NCBI GenBank assembly: GCA_964522515.1
Contig: CAZFWC010000001.1
Location: 14,536 to 78,535, forward strand
Direction of reading: 5' to 3'
Length of the DNA stretch: 64,000 nt
Origin: an uncultured Gammaproteobacteria bacterium
Lineage (GTDB): Bacteria; Patescibacteriota; Patescibacteriia; UBA2196
Both the position numbers and the translations under genes were made by a program. The notes beneath the pieces were generated by a model. That model did no database searches and was not told the origin of the DNA. It saw only the letters and a program-made list of their open reading frames with translations. Shown here in pieces: positions 31,681-41,853 of this stretch (the first letter of the stretch is position 1; the number at the start of each line of letters is the position of its first letter).

Positions 31681-32967
31681 TCAAAGTCCCTCATAATCTC
31701 TCATCACTAGTTGCGAATCAATTTGTCTAACAGTTTCTAAAACAACAGAAACAACAATCAAAAGTGAAGCTCCAGAAATCGCGATACTTTTGATATCTGT
31801 GATTGGTCCAATTAATAATGGTAAAACCGCAATCAAACCAAGCGACAAAGCGCCAGCTAACATTATTCTAATTGAAACCTTGCTTAAATAATCTGTTGTT
31901 TGTCTGCCTGGTCGAATTCCAGGAATAAATCCGCCTTGCTTTTGTAAATTTTCTGAAATTTGATTTGGATGAAAAATAACAGAAGTATAAAAATAAGTAA
32001 ATCCAAAAACCAAAAAGAAATATAAAATTCCGTAAGCCCAACCACCTGGTTGTAAAATATGAGTTACAAATTGCGAAGCGTTGCGGATAAATTCTGATTT
32101 AGCGTTTACAAAAAATTGCGCAATTAAAGTTGGGAACATCACAATTGCAATCGCAAAAATAATTGGAATCATTCCTGCTTGATTAACTTTTAAAGGCAAA
32201 TGTGTATCAAAACCGCCGTACATTCTGTTTCCTCTAACTCTTTTTGCGTAAGAAATTGGAATATTTCTTTGTCCTTCAGTAATTATTACAACACCAGCAA
32301 CTGTTAAAACAGCGATTATTAAAAACGCAATGTAGCCTGGAGCTTTGCTCGGGTTTGTTGAAATATCAGTTAACATTCGCGGAACCGCAGTTGGAATTCC
32401 AGAAACAATTCCCGCAAAAATGATTAAAGAAATACCGTTGCCAATTTTCTTTTCAGAAATTAATTCACCAAGCCACATTAAAAATACTGTGCCAGCTGTT
32501 AAAATAATTATTGTTGATAAATATTGACCAGTGCCTAAATCTCCAATAATTCCGCCAGAGCTTTGCAGAATTTTTATCATACTGTAACCTTGAAGAATTG
32601 CTAAAGGAATTGTTAACATTCTTGTGTACTGATTAATTTTTTTCTGTCCGCTTTCACCTGATTTTGATAATTCTTCAAGAGCTGGAACAATCATTGTTAA
32701 AAGTTGAAAAATAATTGAAGCAGTAATATAAGGACCAATTCCTAAAGCAACAATTGAAAAATTACTCATTCCTCCACCTGAGAAAACATTTAATAAACCT
32801 AATAATTCATTTCTGTTAAATAAATCTTTTAATGCTTCCAAATCAACTCCTGGCATTGGGATTTGCGCTGCGATTCTAAAAACAATAAGTAATCCTAAAA
32901 CAAACAGAATTGATCTGCGCAAATCGTGGTCTTTCCAAATTTGATGAATTTTAGAAATGAATTTCAT
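31681..32967 (-). CDS. secY: Preprotein translocase SecY
   Basis: LGIGPYITASII and FIPGIRPG motifs. Confidence 0.98.
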   Translation of the reverse strand: MKFISKIHQIWKDHDLRRSILFVLGLLIVFRIAAQIPMPGVDLEALKDLFNRNELLGLLNVFSGGGMSNFSIVALGIGPYITASIIFQLLTMIVPALEELSKSGESGQKKINQYTRMLTIPLAILQGYSMIKILQSSGGIIGDLGTGQYLSTIIILTAGTVFLMWLGELISEKKIGNGISLIIFAGIVSGIPTAVPRMLTDISTNPSKAPGYIAFLIIAVLTVAGVVIITEGQRNIPISYAKRVRGNRMYGGFDTHLPLKVNQAGMIPIIFAIAIVMFPTLIAQFFVNAKSEFIRNASQFVTHILQPGGWAYGILYFFLVFGFTYFYTSVIFHPNQISENLQKQGGFIPGIRPGRQTTDYLSKVSIRIMLAGALSLGLIAVLPLLIGPITDIKSIAISGASLLIVVSVVLETVRQIDSQLVMRDYEGL

Positions 32968-32970
32968 ATT

Positions 32971-33402
32971 TTACTTTATTTTTCCGCCAGCTTTTTCTAT
33001 TTTTTCTTTTGCTGATTTTGAAAATTCACAATTTTCTATTTCTAATTTTATACTAATTTTTCCGTTACCCAAAATTTTAACTCCATTATTTATTTTATCA
33101 ACTAATTTATTTTTTTTCAAAATTTCCGGGGTGATTTTGTCACCATCTTTAAATTTTTCATTTAAGATATCTAAATTTAAAATCTCTGGTTTTTTATTTC
33201 TTGATTTAAAACCTTTTAATTTGTGTGTGCTTTCAATTAATTGTCGCGCTCCTAATCTTTTCAAACCTGAAACACCAGAACGAGCTTTTTGTCCTTTTTG
33301 TCCTTTTCCAGAATAAGTTCCGCGTTTTCCACCGCGACCAATTGTTTTGCGCGATTTTGTGCTACCTTTGGCTGGTTTAATTGTGTGTAAAGATAAAGTC
33401 AT
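32971..33402 (-). CDS. rplO: 50S ribosomal protein uL15
   Basis: GRGGKRGTYSGKGQKGQKARSG; synteny. Confidence 0.97.
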   Translation of the reverse strand: MTLSLHTIKPAKGSTKSRKTIGRGGKRGTYSGKGQKGQKARSGVSGLKRLGARQLIESTHKLKGFKSRNKKPEILNLDILNEKFKDGDKITPEILKKNKLVDKINNGVKILGNGKISIKLEIENCEFSKSAKEKIEKAGGKIK

Positions 33403-33409
33403 AAAATTT

Positions 33410-33474
33410 TGTAATCTGTAATCCGTAATTTGTAACTTGTAAATTTATTTTAAATAATTACAAATTACAAGTTA
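33410..33474. repeat. Inverted heptamer-repeat element (TGTAANN / NNTTACA); similar at 40238-40320
   Basis: tgtaatctgtaatccgtaatttgtaacttgtaa...ttacaaattacaagttac; occupies the usual rpmD position. Confidence 0.7.
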
Positions 33475-33951
33475 CTTTTTTTCTTTTGGTTTTTTCAAAT
33501 TTTTTAACGCTTGATAAGTGCAAGCAACATTATTAATTTTATTTTTACTTCCCATCATTTTGCCAACAACATTTTCAATTCCAGCTAAATCCAAAACAAC
33601 ACGAATTGCTCCGCCAGCTTTTAACCCTGTTCCTTTTGGCGCTGGTTTTAACATTACGCAAGCTGCGTTAAATTTTTCTCTAATTTCGTGAGTGATTGTT
33701 CCATTAACAATTTGAATTTCAAACATTATTTTTTTAGCTTGTTCAACTGCTTTTGAAACTGCAATTGTAACATCTTTTCCTTTTGCAATTCCGTAGCCAA
33801 TTTTGCCTTTTTTATTTCCAAGCACAACTAAAGCGCGGAAGTTTAATCTTTTTCCTCCACGGGTAACACGAGTTACACGCGCTAAATCAACCAACTTTTG
33901 TTCAAATTCTGGTTTTTCTCGTTTAAATTCTTTTTTATTATTTTTTCTCAT
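33472..33951 (-). CDS. rpsE: 30S ribosomal protein uS5
   Basis: RVTRVTRGGKRLNFRALVVLG. Confidence 0.97.
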   Translation of the reverse strand: MRKNNKKEFKREKPEFEQKLVDLARVTRVTRGGKRLNFRALVVLGNKKGKIGYGIAKGKDVTIAVSKAVEQAKKIMFEIQIVNGTITHEIREKFNAACVMLKPAPKGTGLKAGGAIRVVLDLAGIENVVGKMMGSKNKINNVACTYQALKNLKKPKEKK

Positions 33952-33961
33952 AATTTATTTC

Positions 33962-34093
33962 TCCGCCTTCGCTTCTAAAAAATCCTACTGGACTACGGCG
34001 GATAAACTCTTGTGTTTAAAATTTAAAAAACATAGGAGCCTGTCCGCCGTAGCTAGAGTTTTTTTAGGATTGAAGGCGGAGGAGGATTAGGCG
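33962..34093. repeat. Composite palindromic element (no nested insert)
   Basis: Both arms plus ctcttgtg/cataggag stem. Confidence 0.9.
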
Positions 34094-34096
34094 CAA

Positions 34097-34528
34097 TTAA
34101 AATTTAAAACCTGCTTTACGAGCACCTTCTGCTACTGCTTTAACTCGTCCGTGATATTTATATTTTGATTTATCAAAAACACAAGTTTTTATTTTTTTTG
34201 CAATTGCTTTTTTTGCTAAAAGTTTTCCAACTTCAAAAGATATTAATATTTTATTAGTTAGTTTATTATTATTTTTTTTATTTTCAACTCCTTCCTTTCC
34301 CTGCCCGTCAGGCAGACGGGTTAATTTCTCAATTTCTTTTTTATTTATTTCTTTATCACTTGCGCTAACTAATGTTTTGCCTTTTTCATCATCAATTAAT
34401 TGCGCTGAAATATTTTTTAAACTTCTAAATACGCTTAATCTTGGTTTTGTTGCTGTACCAAAAATTTGAGCTCTTACACGGGCTTTTCTTCTTTGCTGTT
34501 TTTTATTTTTTATTTTTTGTGGATTCAT
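34097..34528 (-). CDS. rplR: 50S ribosomal protein uL18 with a 21-nt insertion
   Basis: PRLSVFRS and YHGRVKAVAEGAR. Confidence 0.96.
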   Translation of the reverse strand: MNPQKIKNKKQQRRKARVRAQIFGTATKPRLSVFRSLKNISAQLIDDEKGKTLVSASDKEINKKEIEKLTRLPDGQGKEGVENKKNNNKLTNKILISFEVGKLLAKKAIAKKIKTCVFDKSKYKYHGRVKAVAEGARKAGFKF

Positions 34529-34531
34529 ATT

Positions 34532-35086
34532 TTAAGTTGTAGCTCCTTTCGCTTGCTTCCCTGCTTTTCTGCGAATTACTTCATCAACATATTTAATTCC
34601 TTTTCCTTTGTAAGGTTCTGGTTTTTTAATTTTTCTAATTTGCGCTGAAGTCTCCCCAACTAAATATTTATCAAAACCTTTAACAATAATTATATTTTTT
34701 TCAACAGAAATGTCAATATTTTCTGGAATTTTAAAATTAACTTGATGCGAAAAACCCACATTTAAAATTAATTCTTGTCCTTTAACCACAGCTTTGTAAC
34801 CAACTCCGTTAATTTCTAATTTTTTTTCAAATCCTTCTGTCACACCAATAATCATATTATTAATTAATTGTCTAAAAGTTCCCCAAACAGATTTTTCTTT
34901 TTTTACTTCTTTATTTTTTACATCAACTGTTAATTCTTTTTTATCATCTGAAAAAATTAGTTTAATTTCTGGAATTAATTTTTGTTTTAATTCTCCTTTT
35001 GGTCCTTTGACAACCACAAAATCAGCATCAATTTTTACATCAATTTTTTCTGGAATTAAAATTGGTTTTTTCCCGATTCTAGACAT
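34532..35086 (-). CDS. rplF: 50S ribosomal protein uL6
   Basis: MSRIGKKP and PEPYKGKGIKY. Confidence 0.98.
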   Translation of the reverse strand: MSRIGKKPILIPEKIDVKIDADFVVVKGPKGELKQKLIPEIKLIFSDDKKELTVDVKNKEVKKEKSVWGTFRQLINNMIIGVTEGFEKKLEINGVGYKAVVKGQELILNVGFSHQVNFKIPENIDISVEKNIIIVKGFDKYLVGETSAQIRKIKKPEPYKGKGIKYVDEVIRRKAGKQAKGATT

Positions 35087-35100
35087 AAATTTATAATTTA

Positions 35101-35281
35101 TCCGCCTTCGCCCCTAAAAAATCCTATTGGACTACGGCGGATACCTGTCTGCCGACAGGCAGGAACTCTTGTGTTTAAAATTTAAAAAACACAGGAGCTT
35201 GCCTCCTCCTTCGCTAAAGCTACGGCGGGACAGGCGCCGTAGCAATTAAAGAGTTGCTAGGGAGCGAAGGAGGGGAAGCGA
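35101..35281. repeat. Composite palindromic element with nested inserts
   Basis: 20-nt insert at 35144-35163; inverted unit of about 30 nt inside the right arm. Confidence 0.9.
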
Positions 35282-35282
35282 T

Positions 35283-35720
35283 TTAATAAATTTCACAAAC
35301 TACTTCCCCACCTAAATTTTCTTTCTTAGCTTTCACATTTGTCATTAATCCTTTTGATGTTGAAATAATTGCAATACCGTAATTATTTAAAACTACTGGC
35401 AAATTATCTTTTGAAACATAAATTCTGCGACCTGGTTTTGAAATTCTTTTTATTTTGCTAATTTTAGGATTATTTCCATTGTAAAATAATTTAATTTTTA
35501 ATTGATTAAATTTAGCATTTTTTTCTTGCGCGCTTTTTGCAACAATTTTTTTAGAAATTTGTGGTTCTATTTTTTCAACGTCTTTAATCCATTTTTCTGT
35601 TTCTAAAATTTTAGCAATATTAAATTTTAATTTTGAATACGGCAAAATCACCTCAAGTTTTTTAACTGCTTGAGCGTTTCTAATTCTTGTTAACATATCT
35701 GCGATTGGATCTGTGTACAT
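35283..35720 (-). CDS. rpsH: 30S ribosomal protein uS8
   Basis: TDPIADMLTRIRNA and ISKPGRRIY. Confidence 0.98.
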   Translation of the reverse strand: MYTDPIADMLTRIRNAQAVKKLEVILPYSKLKFNIAKILETEKWIKDVEKIEPQISKKIVAKSAQEKNAKFNQLKIKLFYNGNNPKISKIKRISKPGRRIYVSKDNLPVVLNNYGIAIISTSKGLMTNVKAKKENLGGEVVCEIY

Positions 35721-35734
35721 AATTTTGTAATTTC

Positions 35735-35900
35735 TCCGCCTTCGCCCTTAAAAAATCCTTTAACACTACGGCGGATAAATTTTTAGTGTTTTTTTATAAA
35801 AAAGAATTAAGAGCCTGCCCGCGCCGGCTTGTCCGCCGTAGCCTTTGGCAAGGAGGAAGCTAGAGTTTTTTTAGAGTTGAAGCGAAGGAGGGTTAGGCGA
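35735..35900. repeat. Composite palindromic element
   Basis: Same arms; nested unit near 35828-35858. Confidence 0.9.
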
Positions 35901-36086
35901 CTACCAACTTGATTTTTTAATTCCTGGAATTTCGCCTTTGTTTGCTAATTCTCTAAAGCAAATTCTACACAAACCAAAATCTCGCATAAAACCTCTGTTT
36001 CTACCACAACGCCAACAACGATTCACTTTTTGCGTTGTGAATTTTGGTTTTCTTTTTGATTTTGCGATTTGCGCTTTAGTTGCCAT
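35901..36086 (-). CDS. rpsN: 30S ribosomal protein uS14 (Zn-binding type Z)
   Basis: RCWRCGR...LCRICFRE. Confidence 0.97.
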   Translation of the reverse strand: MATKAQIAKSKRKPKFTTQKVNRCWRCGRNRGFMRDFGLCRICFRELANKGEIPGIKKSSW

Positions 36087-36097
36087 AAAAGTTTTTC

Positions 36098-36218
36098 TCC
36101 GCCTTCGTTCCCTAAAAATCCTACTGGACTACGGCGGATAAACTCTTGTGTTAAAAAAACACAGAAGCTTGCCCGCCGTAGCTGGGACTTTTAGGATTGA
36201 AGCGAAGGAGGGGAAGCT
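36098..36218. repeat. Composite palindromic element
   Basis: Same arms as the other copies. Confidence 0.9.
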
Positions 36219-36221
36219 AAA

Positions 36222-36764
36222 TTATTTCTGAAATGGAAACCCAAATAATTTTAATAATTCAAAACCTTGTTCTTTGTTTTTTGCTGTTGTTGTAATTGCT
36301 ACTTCTAAGCCGTGAATTGTTTCAACTTTTGACATTTCAATTTCTGCAAAAGCAGTGTGGTCTTTAAATCCTATATTTAAATTACCTTGTTTGTCAATAT
36401 TTTTTTGATTAATCCCTCTAAAATCTCTAACCCTTGGCAAAGTAACATTAATTAATTTATCAAAAAAATCATACATTCTATTTCCGCGCAATGTGACTTT
36501 TGCTCCAACAATATTTCCTTGTCTTGTTTTAAAAGCTGAAATTGCTTTTTTAGCTTTTGTAAAAATTGGTTTTTGTCCAGTAATTTTAGTTAAAGTTTTT
36601 TCAATTAATTCTAAATATTTATTTTCTCTTTTTGATGTTGAAATTCCTACATTTAAAGTTATTTTTTCTAATTTTGGAACAGCTAAATTATTTTTAAAAC
36701 CAAACTTTTCCTTAAGCGCAGGAATAATCTCGACAGTAAATTTATTTTTTAGACGATTTGACAT
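36222..36764 (-). CDS. rplE: 50S ribosomal protein uL5
   Basis: ITGQKP, KVTLRG, LPRVRDFRG. Confidence 0.98.
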   Translation of the reverse strand: MSNRLKNKFTVEIIPALKEKFGFKNNLAVPKLEKITLNVGISTSKRENKYLELIEKTLTKITGQKPIFTKAKKAISAFKTRQGNIVGAKVTLRGNRMYDFFDKLINVTLPRVRDFRGINQKNIDKQGNLNIGFKDHTAFAEIEMSKVETIHGLEVAITTTAKNKEQGFELLKLFGFPFQK

Positions 36765-36831
36765 ACAATATTATTGTTTATTATTTTTTATAATTTTACC
36801 CGAATTTTTATGAATTGTTTTATTCGGGTGG

Positions 36832-37188
36832 CTAGAAACTAGCTTTACATTTTTTACAAATTCTATTCTTTTTTTCACGAGAAATATCTGATTTTCCTTC
36901 TTGCAATTTAAATCCTACTCTAGTTGGTTTTCCGCATTTTGGACAAATTAATTGCACATTTGAAATATTCATTGGAGCTGGAAACATAATTCTTTGTCCT
37001 TTTTCACCTGATTTTTTTGGTCGCAAATGTTTGTATCTTAAATTTAAACCTTCAACAACAACTTTAAGATCTTTTCCTGAGTGAGTTTTAACTGATTTGG
37101 AAGGATGCAACACAGTTAAAACTTTCCCAGTTTTACCTTGGTCTTTACCTGTTAATATTTTTATTGTGTCATTTTTTTTAATTTTCAT
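36832..37188 (-). CDS. rplX: 50S ribosomal protein uL24
   Basis: GKDQGKTGKV and SNVQLICPKC. Confidence 0.96.
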   Translation of the reverse strand: MKIKKNDTIKILTGKDQGKTGKVLTVLHPSKSVKTHSGKDLKVVVEGLNLRYKHLRPKKSGEKGQRIMFPAPMNISNVQLICPKCGKPTRVGFKLQEGKSDISREKKNRICKKCKASF

Positions 37189-37192
37189 ATTT

Positions 37193-37564
37193 TTAAAGTA
37201 CCTCTGGCGCTAACGAAATAATTTTATTAAATCCTTTTGCGCGGAGTTCTCTTGCAACTGGACCAAAAATTCTTGTTGCTTTTGGTTCTTTTGTTTTTGG
37301 GTCAACAACTACGCCTGCGTTTTCATCAAAACGAATATAAATTCCAGATTTTCTGCGAGTTTCTTTTTTTGTTCTAACAAGCACTGCTTTAACAACATCA
37401 CCTTTTTTAATTTGTCCGTGTGGAACAACTTCTTTAACAGCGCAAGTTACAATGTCTCCAATTCTAGCAAATCTTTTTTTGTAACCGCCAGTAACTCTAA
37501 TAACCTGGAGTTTTTTAGCTCCGGAATTATCTGCTAGTTTCATTGTTGACATTAGTTGTAACAT
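37193..37564 (-). CDS. rplN: 50S ribosomal protein uL14
   Basis: ADNSGAK and [12 protein letters not shown]. Confidence 0.98.
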   Translation of the reverse strand: MLQLMSTMKLADNSGAKKLQVIRVTGGYKKRFARIGDIVTCAVKEVVPHGQIKKGDVVKAVLVRTKKETRRKSGIYIRFDENAGVVVDPKTKEPKATRIFGPVARELRAKGFNKIISLAPEVL

Positions 37565-37569
37565 AAAAA

Positions 37570-37815
37570 TTAATTTTTAATTTTCCACCTTTTGCCTTTT
37601 GACAACGGTTTACATTCAACAAAATTTACTTTATCATTAATTTTACATTTATTATTTTTATCGTGAACTTTATAATTTTTTGAAACAGTATATCTTTTTT
37701 TATATTTTGGATGAATTTTTGTGCGGTCAACTTTAACAACAATGGTTTTATCCATTTTATCCGAAATAACGATTCCTGTGAAGGCGCGTTTTATTGTTTT
37801 TTTATTTTCTTTCAT
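37570..37815 (-). CDS. rpsQ: 30S ribosomal protein uS17
   Basis: [24 protein letters not shown]. Confidence 0.97.
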   Translation of the reverse strand: MKENKKTIKRAFTGIVISDKMDKTIVVKVDRTKIHPKYKKRYTVSKNYKVHDKNNKCKINDKVNFVECKPLSKGKRWKIKN

Positions 37816-37833
37816 AAAATTTTATAAATAAAA

Positions 37834-38022
37834 TTATTTAGTTTTTTCTTTTAAAATAGTTTGTATTTGCGCGATTAATTTTTTAGTTGTGCCAACATCA
37901 CTAACTTTTTTTAATTGTCTTTGCGCAACTTTAAATCTCATCTCGCGTAATTTTTCTTGAGACTCAGTTAGTAATGTTTTTAATTCATTTTCTGATTTTA
38001 ATTTTAGTTCTTTAATTTTCAT
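37834..38022 (-). CDS. rpmC: 50S ribosomal protein uL29
   Basis: ELK...LREMRF..IAQIQTIL; synteny. Confidence 0.9.
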   Translation of the reverse strand: MKIKELKLKSENELKTLLTESQEKLREMRFKVAQRQLKKVSDVGTTKKLIAQIQTILKEKTK

Positions 38023-38026
38023 AAAA

Positions 38027-38437
38027 TTATTTTCCAACCACCTTACATTTTACAGGTAACTTGTGAGCAGCTGATGTTAAAGCTTCACGAGCTTTGTGTT
38101 CTGGAATTCCATCAATTTCAAACATTATTGCTCCTGGTTTTACAACTGTGACAAAATGATCTGGAGCGCCTTTTCCTTTTCCCATTTTCATTTCATTTCC
38201 GTGAAAAGTCACAGGTTTGTCTGGAAAAAGTCTAATCCAAATTTTTCCGCCTTTTCTTGTGTGCCTAACAATCACGCGTCGAGTTGCTTCAATTTGTCTT
38301 GAAGTTACCCAAGAAGCTGTTAATGCTTTTAAACCAAAACTGCCAAAATCAACTTTTGTTAAACGCGACGCCTGACTGCCAGAAGTACCAGCTTGTAAGT
38401 GCCATTTTCTGTGTTTTGTTTTTTTTGGTGCTAACAT
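38027..38437 (-). CDS. rplP: 50S ribosomal protein uL16
   Basis: GKIWIRLFPDKP and MGKGKG. Confidence 0.97.
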   Translation of the reverse strand: MLAPKKTKHRKWHLQAGTSGSQASRLTKVDFGSFGLKALTASWVTSRQIEATRRVIVRHTRKGGKIWIRLFPDKPVTFHGNEMKMGKGKGAPDHFVTVVKPGAIMFEIDGIPEHKAREALTSAAHKLPVKCKVVGK

Positions 38438-38453
38438 AATTTTTTATAGTTTA

Positions 38454-38598
38454 TCCGCCTTCGCCCCTAATCCCGAGTACTCGGGACTACTGGACTACGG
38501 CGGATACCTGTCTGCCGACAGGCAGGAACTCTTGTGTTAAAAAAGCACAGGAGCTTGCCCGCCGTAGCTAGGACTTTTAGGGTTGAAGCGAAGGAGGG
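38454..38598. repeat. Composite palindromic element with two nested inserts
   Basis: tcccgagtactcggga and cctgtctgccgacaggcagg (38507-38526). Confidence 0.9.
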
Positions 38599-39240
38599 TT
38601 AAACAAATTTTTCACCTTTATAAATCCAAATCTTAACTCCAATTGCTCCGTAAGTTGTGCGAGCTGTTGCTGTTCCATAATCAATATCAGCGCGCAAAGT
38701 GTGCAAAGGAATTTTTCCTTGAGTTAATTTTTCAGTGCGAGCAATTTCTACTCCGCCTAATCTTCCAGCGCAATGAACTTTCACACCTTGCGCACCAGCT
38801 TTTATAATTGCTTCAATATTTCTTTTCATTGAACGACGGTACGGAATTCTTTTTTCTAATTCAAGAGCAATATTTTGCGCCATTATTTGCGCGCAAAGTT
38901 GTGGCTTGTTAACTTCTTTTATATTAATTTGTAGTTTGATTTTTTTATTTTTTATAATTTTTTTTAATAAATAATTTTTAATTTCTTCAACTCCAACTCC
39001 GCCTCGCCCAATAATAATTCCTGGTTTTGATGAATGCAAAATTATATTAATGTTGTCGGGTGATCTTTCAATTTCAACACTTTTTAAACTGCAGTCCCTA
39101 AGTTTACTATTTAAATATTCTCTCAATTTTGTATCTTGTTCAAGTTGTCGCGCAAAAGCAGGTCCACGCTTAAACCAGCGAGAAGCCCAATTTTCGCTTA
39201 AACCAATTCTGAAAATTTTAGGATTTACTTTGTGACCCAT
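38599..39240 (-). CDS. rpsC: 30S ribosomal protein uS3
   Basis: GHKVNP, GRLGGVEIARTE, PLHTLRADIDY. Confidence 0.98.
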   Translation of the reverse strand: MGHKVNPKIFRIGLSENWASRWFKRGPAFARQLEQDTKLREYLNSKLRDCSLKSVEIERSPDNINIILHSSKPGIIIGRGGVGVEEIKNYLLKKIIKNKKIKLQINIKEVNKPQLCAQIMAQNIALELEKRIPYRRSMKRNIEAIIKAGAQGVKVHCAGRLGGVEIARTEKLTQGKIPLHTLRADIDYGTATARTTYGAIGVKIWIYKGEKFV

Positions 39241-39252
39241 AAAAATAAAATT

Positions 39253-39903
39253 TTATATTGATTTTCTTCTAAACATTTTTTTCAAAGCGCCACCTTTGCT
39301 TTTTTTACGAACAGTGTCTAAATGTTGCTTTCCTCTATCAGATCCTTCTCGTCTAACATCTTTAATTTCTTTTTTATATTCTTCTTCTTTTAATTTTTTA
39401 ATTTTAGGTTCTAATTTGGTCTCTTGTTTCTCTAATTCTTTAACTTCATCTAAAGATTTTACTATTTTTATATTTTTATCAATTTTTTTCTTGTCTTTTT
39501 TATCTTTTTTAATATCAGATTTATCAGCTTTTACCTGCCTGTCTGGCAGGTGGACCTGTGATTTATTAGTGTCTTTCTCTTCCAAAATTATTGAAATGTG
39601 ACTTGTCCTTTTGTTAATTGCTGAAGCTCTTCCAAATGCTCTTGGTTGCCACCTTTTTAAAACAGGACCTTCATCAACTTTTAATTCTGAAATATATAAA
39701 TTATTTTCTGCTAATTTAAAATTATTTTTTGCATTTGCAATCGCGCTGTTTAATAATTTCAACATTGAATCAGCTACTTTTTTGTTTATAAATTTTAACT
39801 GATTTTGCGCGACTTCAACATCTAGCCCCCGAATTAAATCGGCCACTAATCTAACTTTGCGAGGTGATATTCTTAAATGTCGTAATTTTGCAGAAACTTT
39901 CAT
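39253..39903 (-). CDS. rplV: 50S ribosomal protein uL22 with a long C-terminal extension and 21-nt insertion
   Basis: RISPRKVRLVADLIRG and PRAFGRA. Confidence 0.96.
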   Translation of the reverse strand: MKVSAKLRHLRISPRKVRLVADLIRGLDVEVAQNQLKFINKKVADSMLKLLNSAIANAKNNFKLAENNLYISELKVDEGPVLKRWQPRAFGRASAINKRTSHISIILEEKDTNKSQVHLPDRQVKADKSDIKKDKKDKKKIDKNIKIVKSLDEVKELEKQETKLEPKIKKLKEEEYKKEIKDVRREGSDRGKQHLDTVRKKSKGGALKKMFRRKSI

Positions 39904-39926
39904 AATTTTTTCCCGGGTACTCGGGA

Positions 39927-40223
39927 TTACTTTTTTTCTTTTGATTTTTTTTCAACTTCTTTTTGTTTTTTACCGCCGTGTTTAACAAATTTGCGAGTGG
40001 GAGAAAATTCACCAAGTTTGTGACCAACCATATCTTCAACAACAAAAACTGGAATGTGAATTTTACCATTGTGAACTCCAAATGTAAAACCAACCATTTC
40101 AGGCGTGATTGTTGAATTTCTTGCCCAAGTTTTAATCACAATTTTGTCACCAATCTTAAGCTTGCCGACTTTTTTCATCAGTTTTGCGTCAATGTATGGC
40201 CCTTTTTTTAAACTTCTTGACAT
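39927..40223 (-). CDS. rpsS: 30S ribosomal protein uS19
   Basis: SRSLKKGP and [11 protein letters not shown]. Confidence 0.98.
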   Translation of the reverse strand: MSRSLKKGPYIDAKLMKKVGKLKIGDKIVIKTWARNSTITPEMVGFTFGVHNGKIHIPVFVVEDMVGHKLGEFSPTRKFVKHGGKKQKEVEKKSKEKK

Positions 40224-40316
40224 AAAATATTTAGCAACTTGTAATTCGTAACTAGTAACTTGTAAATTGATTTTTTATTTTTTAAAATAAAACAATTACG
40301 AGTTACAAATTACAGA

Positions 40317-41156
40317 TTACTTGCGTTTCTTTCGTCTTTTAATAATTAATTTATCTGTCCATTTTTTCTTTCTTGTTTTTACTCCAAGAGATGGTTTTCC
40401 CCATTTTGTTTTAGGGTGTTTCATTCCAATTGGGTGTTTTCCTTCTCCGCCACCGTGAGGATGATCAACTGGGTTCATTGCTTTACCACGAACAGTTGGT
40501 TTAATTCCCATATGTCTTTTCCTTCCAGCTTTACCAATTCTAACTAATTTTGCTTCAGGATTTGAAACTTGTCCAATGGTCGCAAAGCATTCTTTTTTAA
40601 ATAATTTAATTTCTCCCGAAGGAATTTTTAACTGAGCATATTTTCCTTCAACATTTTGTAAAACAATTCCTGTCCCAGCGCTTCTTGCGACTTTACCACC
40701 TCTGTTTGGCTCTACTTCAACATTGTACACCATACTTCCTTGTGGAATCAACTCTAAAGGCATTCTGTTTCCATTTTTAGCTTCTATTTTTTTGTCTGAA
40801 CTCATCACAGTGTCATTAACTTTCATATCAACAGCAGCTAAAATATATGATTTTGTATTATCTTTGTATTTTATCAGCGCAATTCTAGCGTTACGATTTG
40901 GATCGTATTCAATTGCTTCAACAGTAGCTTGAACATCAAATTTTGTTCTTTTAAAATCAATTATTCTATAAATTTTTTTAGATCCGCCACCACGGTGCCT
41001 AACAGTAATTCTGCCTTGATTATTTCTTCCCGAATATTTTTTTAAACTTTTACACAATTGTTTTTCTCTTTTTTTATTTTTTGTTAAATCAGAAGAATCA
41101 ACAACAGATGTTCTGCGTCGCGCTGGTGTTGTTGGTTTGTATAATTTAATAGGCAT
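40317..41156 (-). CDS. rplB: 50S ribosomal protein uL2
   Basis: EYDPNRNARIAL and MNPVDHPHGGGEG. Confidence 0.98.
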   Translation of the reverse strand: MPIKLYKPTTPARRRTSVVDSSDLTKNKKREKQLCKSLKKYSGRNNQGRITVRHRGGGSKKIYRIIDFKRTKFDVQATVEAIEYDPNRNARIALIKYKDNTKSYILAAVDMKVNDTVMSSDKKIEAKNGNRMPLELIPQGSMVYNVEVEPNRGGKVARSAGTGIVLQNVEGKYAQLKIPSGEIKLFKKECFATIGQVSNPEAKLVRIGKAGRKRHMGIKPTVRGKAMNPVDHPHGGGEGKHPIGMKHPKTKWGKPSLGVKTRKKKWTDKLIIKRRKKRK

Positions 41157-41165
41157 AAAAGTTTT

Positions 41166-41356
41166 TCCGCCTTCGCCCCTAATCCCGAGTACTCGGGACT
41201 ACTGGACTACGGCGGATACCTGTCTAGCTGACAGGCAGGAACTCTTGTGTTTAAAATTTAAAAAACACAGGAGCTTGCCTCCTCCTTCGCTAAAGCTACG
41301 GCGGACAGGCGCCGTGGCAATTAAAGGGTCGCTAGGGAGCGAAGGAGGGGAAGCGA
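41166..41356. repeat. Composite palindromic element with three nested inserts
   Basis: Close relative of 35101-35281, with an added cccgagtactcggg palindrome. Confidence 0.9.
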
Positions 41357-41788
41357 CTAAACTCCTTCGTAAACATCTAATTTATCATTTTTTTGTAAAA
41401 TAATTATTGCTTTTTTCCAATTTTTTAATTTACCAAATTTTCTTCCGTATCTTACCATTTTACCGCGCATATTTACAGTATTAATTTTAACTGGTTTTAC
41501 ACCATAAAGTGTTTCAATTGCTTTTTTAATTTCTGATTTATTTGATTTTATCGCAACTTCAAAAACATATTGATTAAACTCTCCTAAGGAAGATGCTTGT
41601 TCAGTAATTATTGGTCTGATTAAATTTTTGTAAGCGTTGCCGTGATATTTTGTTGCCAGACTTTTATTTTTTGGTAATTTAGTTTTTTTTAATATTTTTT
41701 TTTCTTCAACTTCAACTTCATCAAATTTTTTAATCTGTTTTTTAGCTGTGTCTGATTTTTTCTTTTTAAATTTATCAAAAATACTCAT
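41357..41788 (-). CDS. rplW: 50S ribosomal protein uL23 with N-terminal extension
   Basis: RPIITEQ, EIKKAIE, WKKAII. Confidence 0.93.
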   Translation of the reverse strand: MSIFDKFKKKKSDTAKKQIKKFDEVEVEEKKILKKTKLPKNKSLATKYHGNAYKNLIRPIITEQASSLGEFNQYVFEVAIKSNKSEIKKAIETLYGVKPVKINTVNMRGKMVRYGRKFGKLKNWKKAIIILQKNDKLDVYEGV

Positions 41789-41853
41789 ATTGTCATTTAT
41801 CAAATATCAGTTATCAGTTGCTTTTGATAATTGATAAATGATACTTGATATTT

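Noticed and set aside
33403-33471. Possible unannotated rpmD
   Set aside because: Only 69 nt, filled with heptamer repeats; absence of uL30 is an established CPR trait
33962-41356. Recurring palindromes as a CRISPR array
   Set aside because: Copies are dispersed between genes and variable, lack a regular repeat-spacer period, and no cas genes are present
41137-41403. Plus-strand ORFs running through repeats (also 33803-34090 and 10834-11130)
   Set aside because: They are translations of the palindromic elements or antisense shadows of real genes
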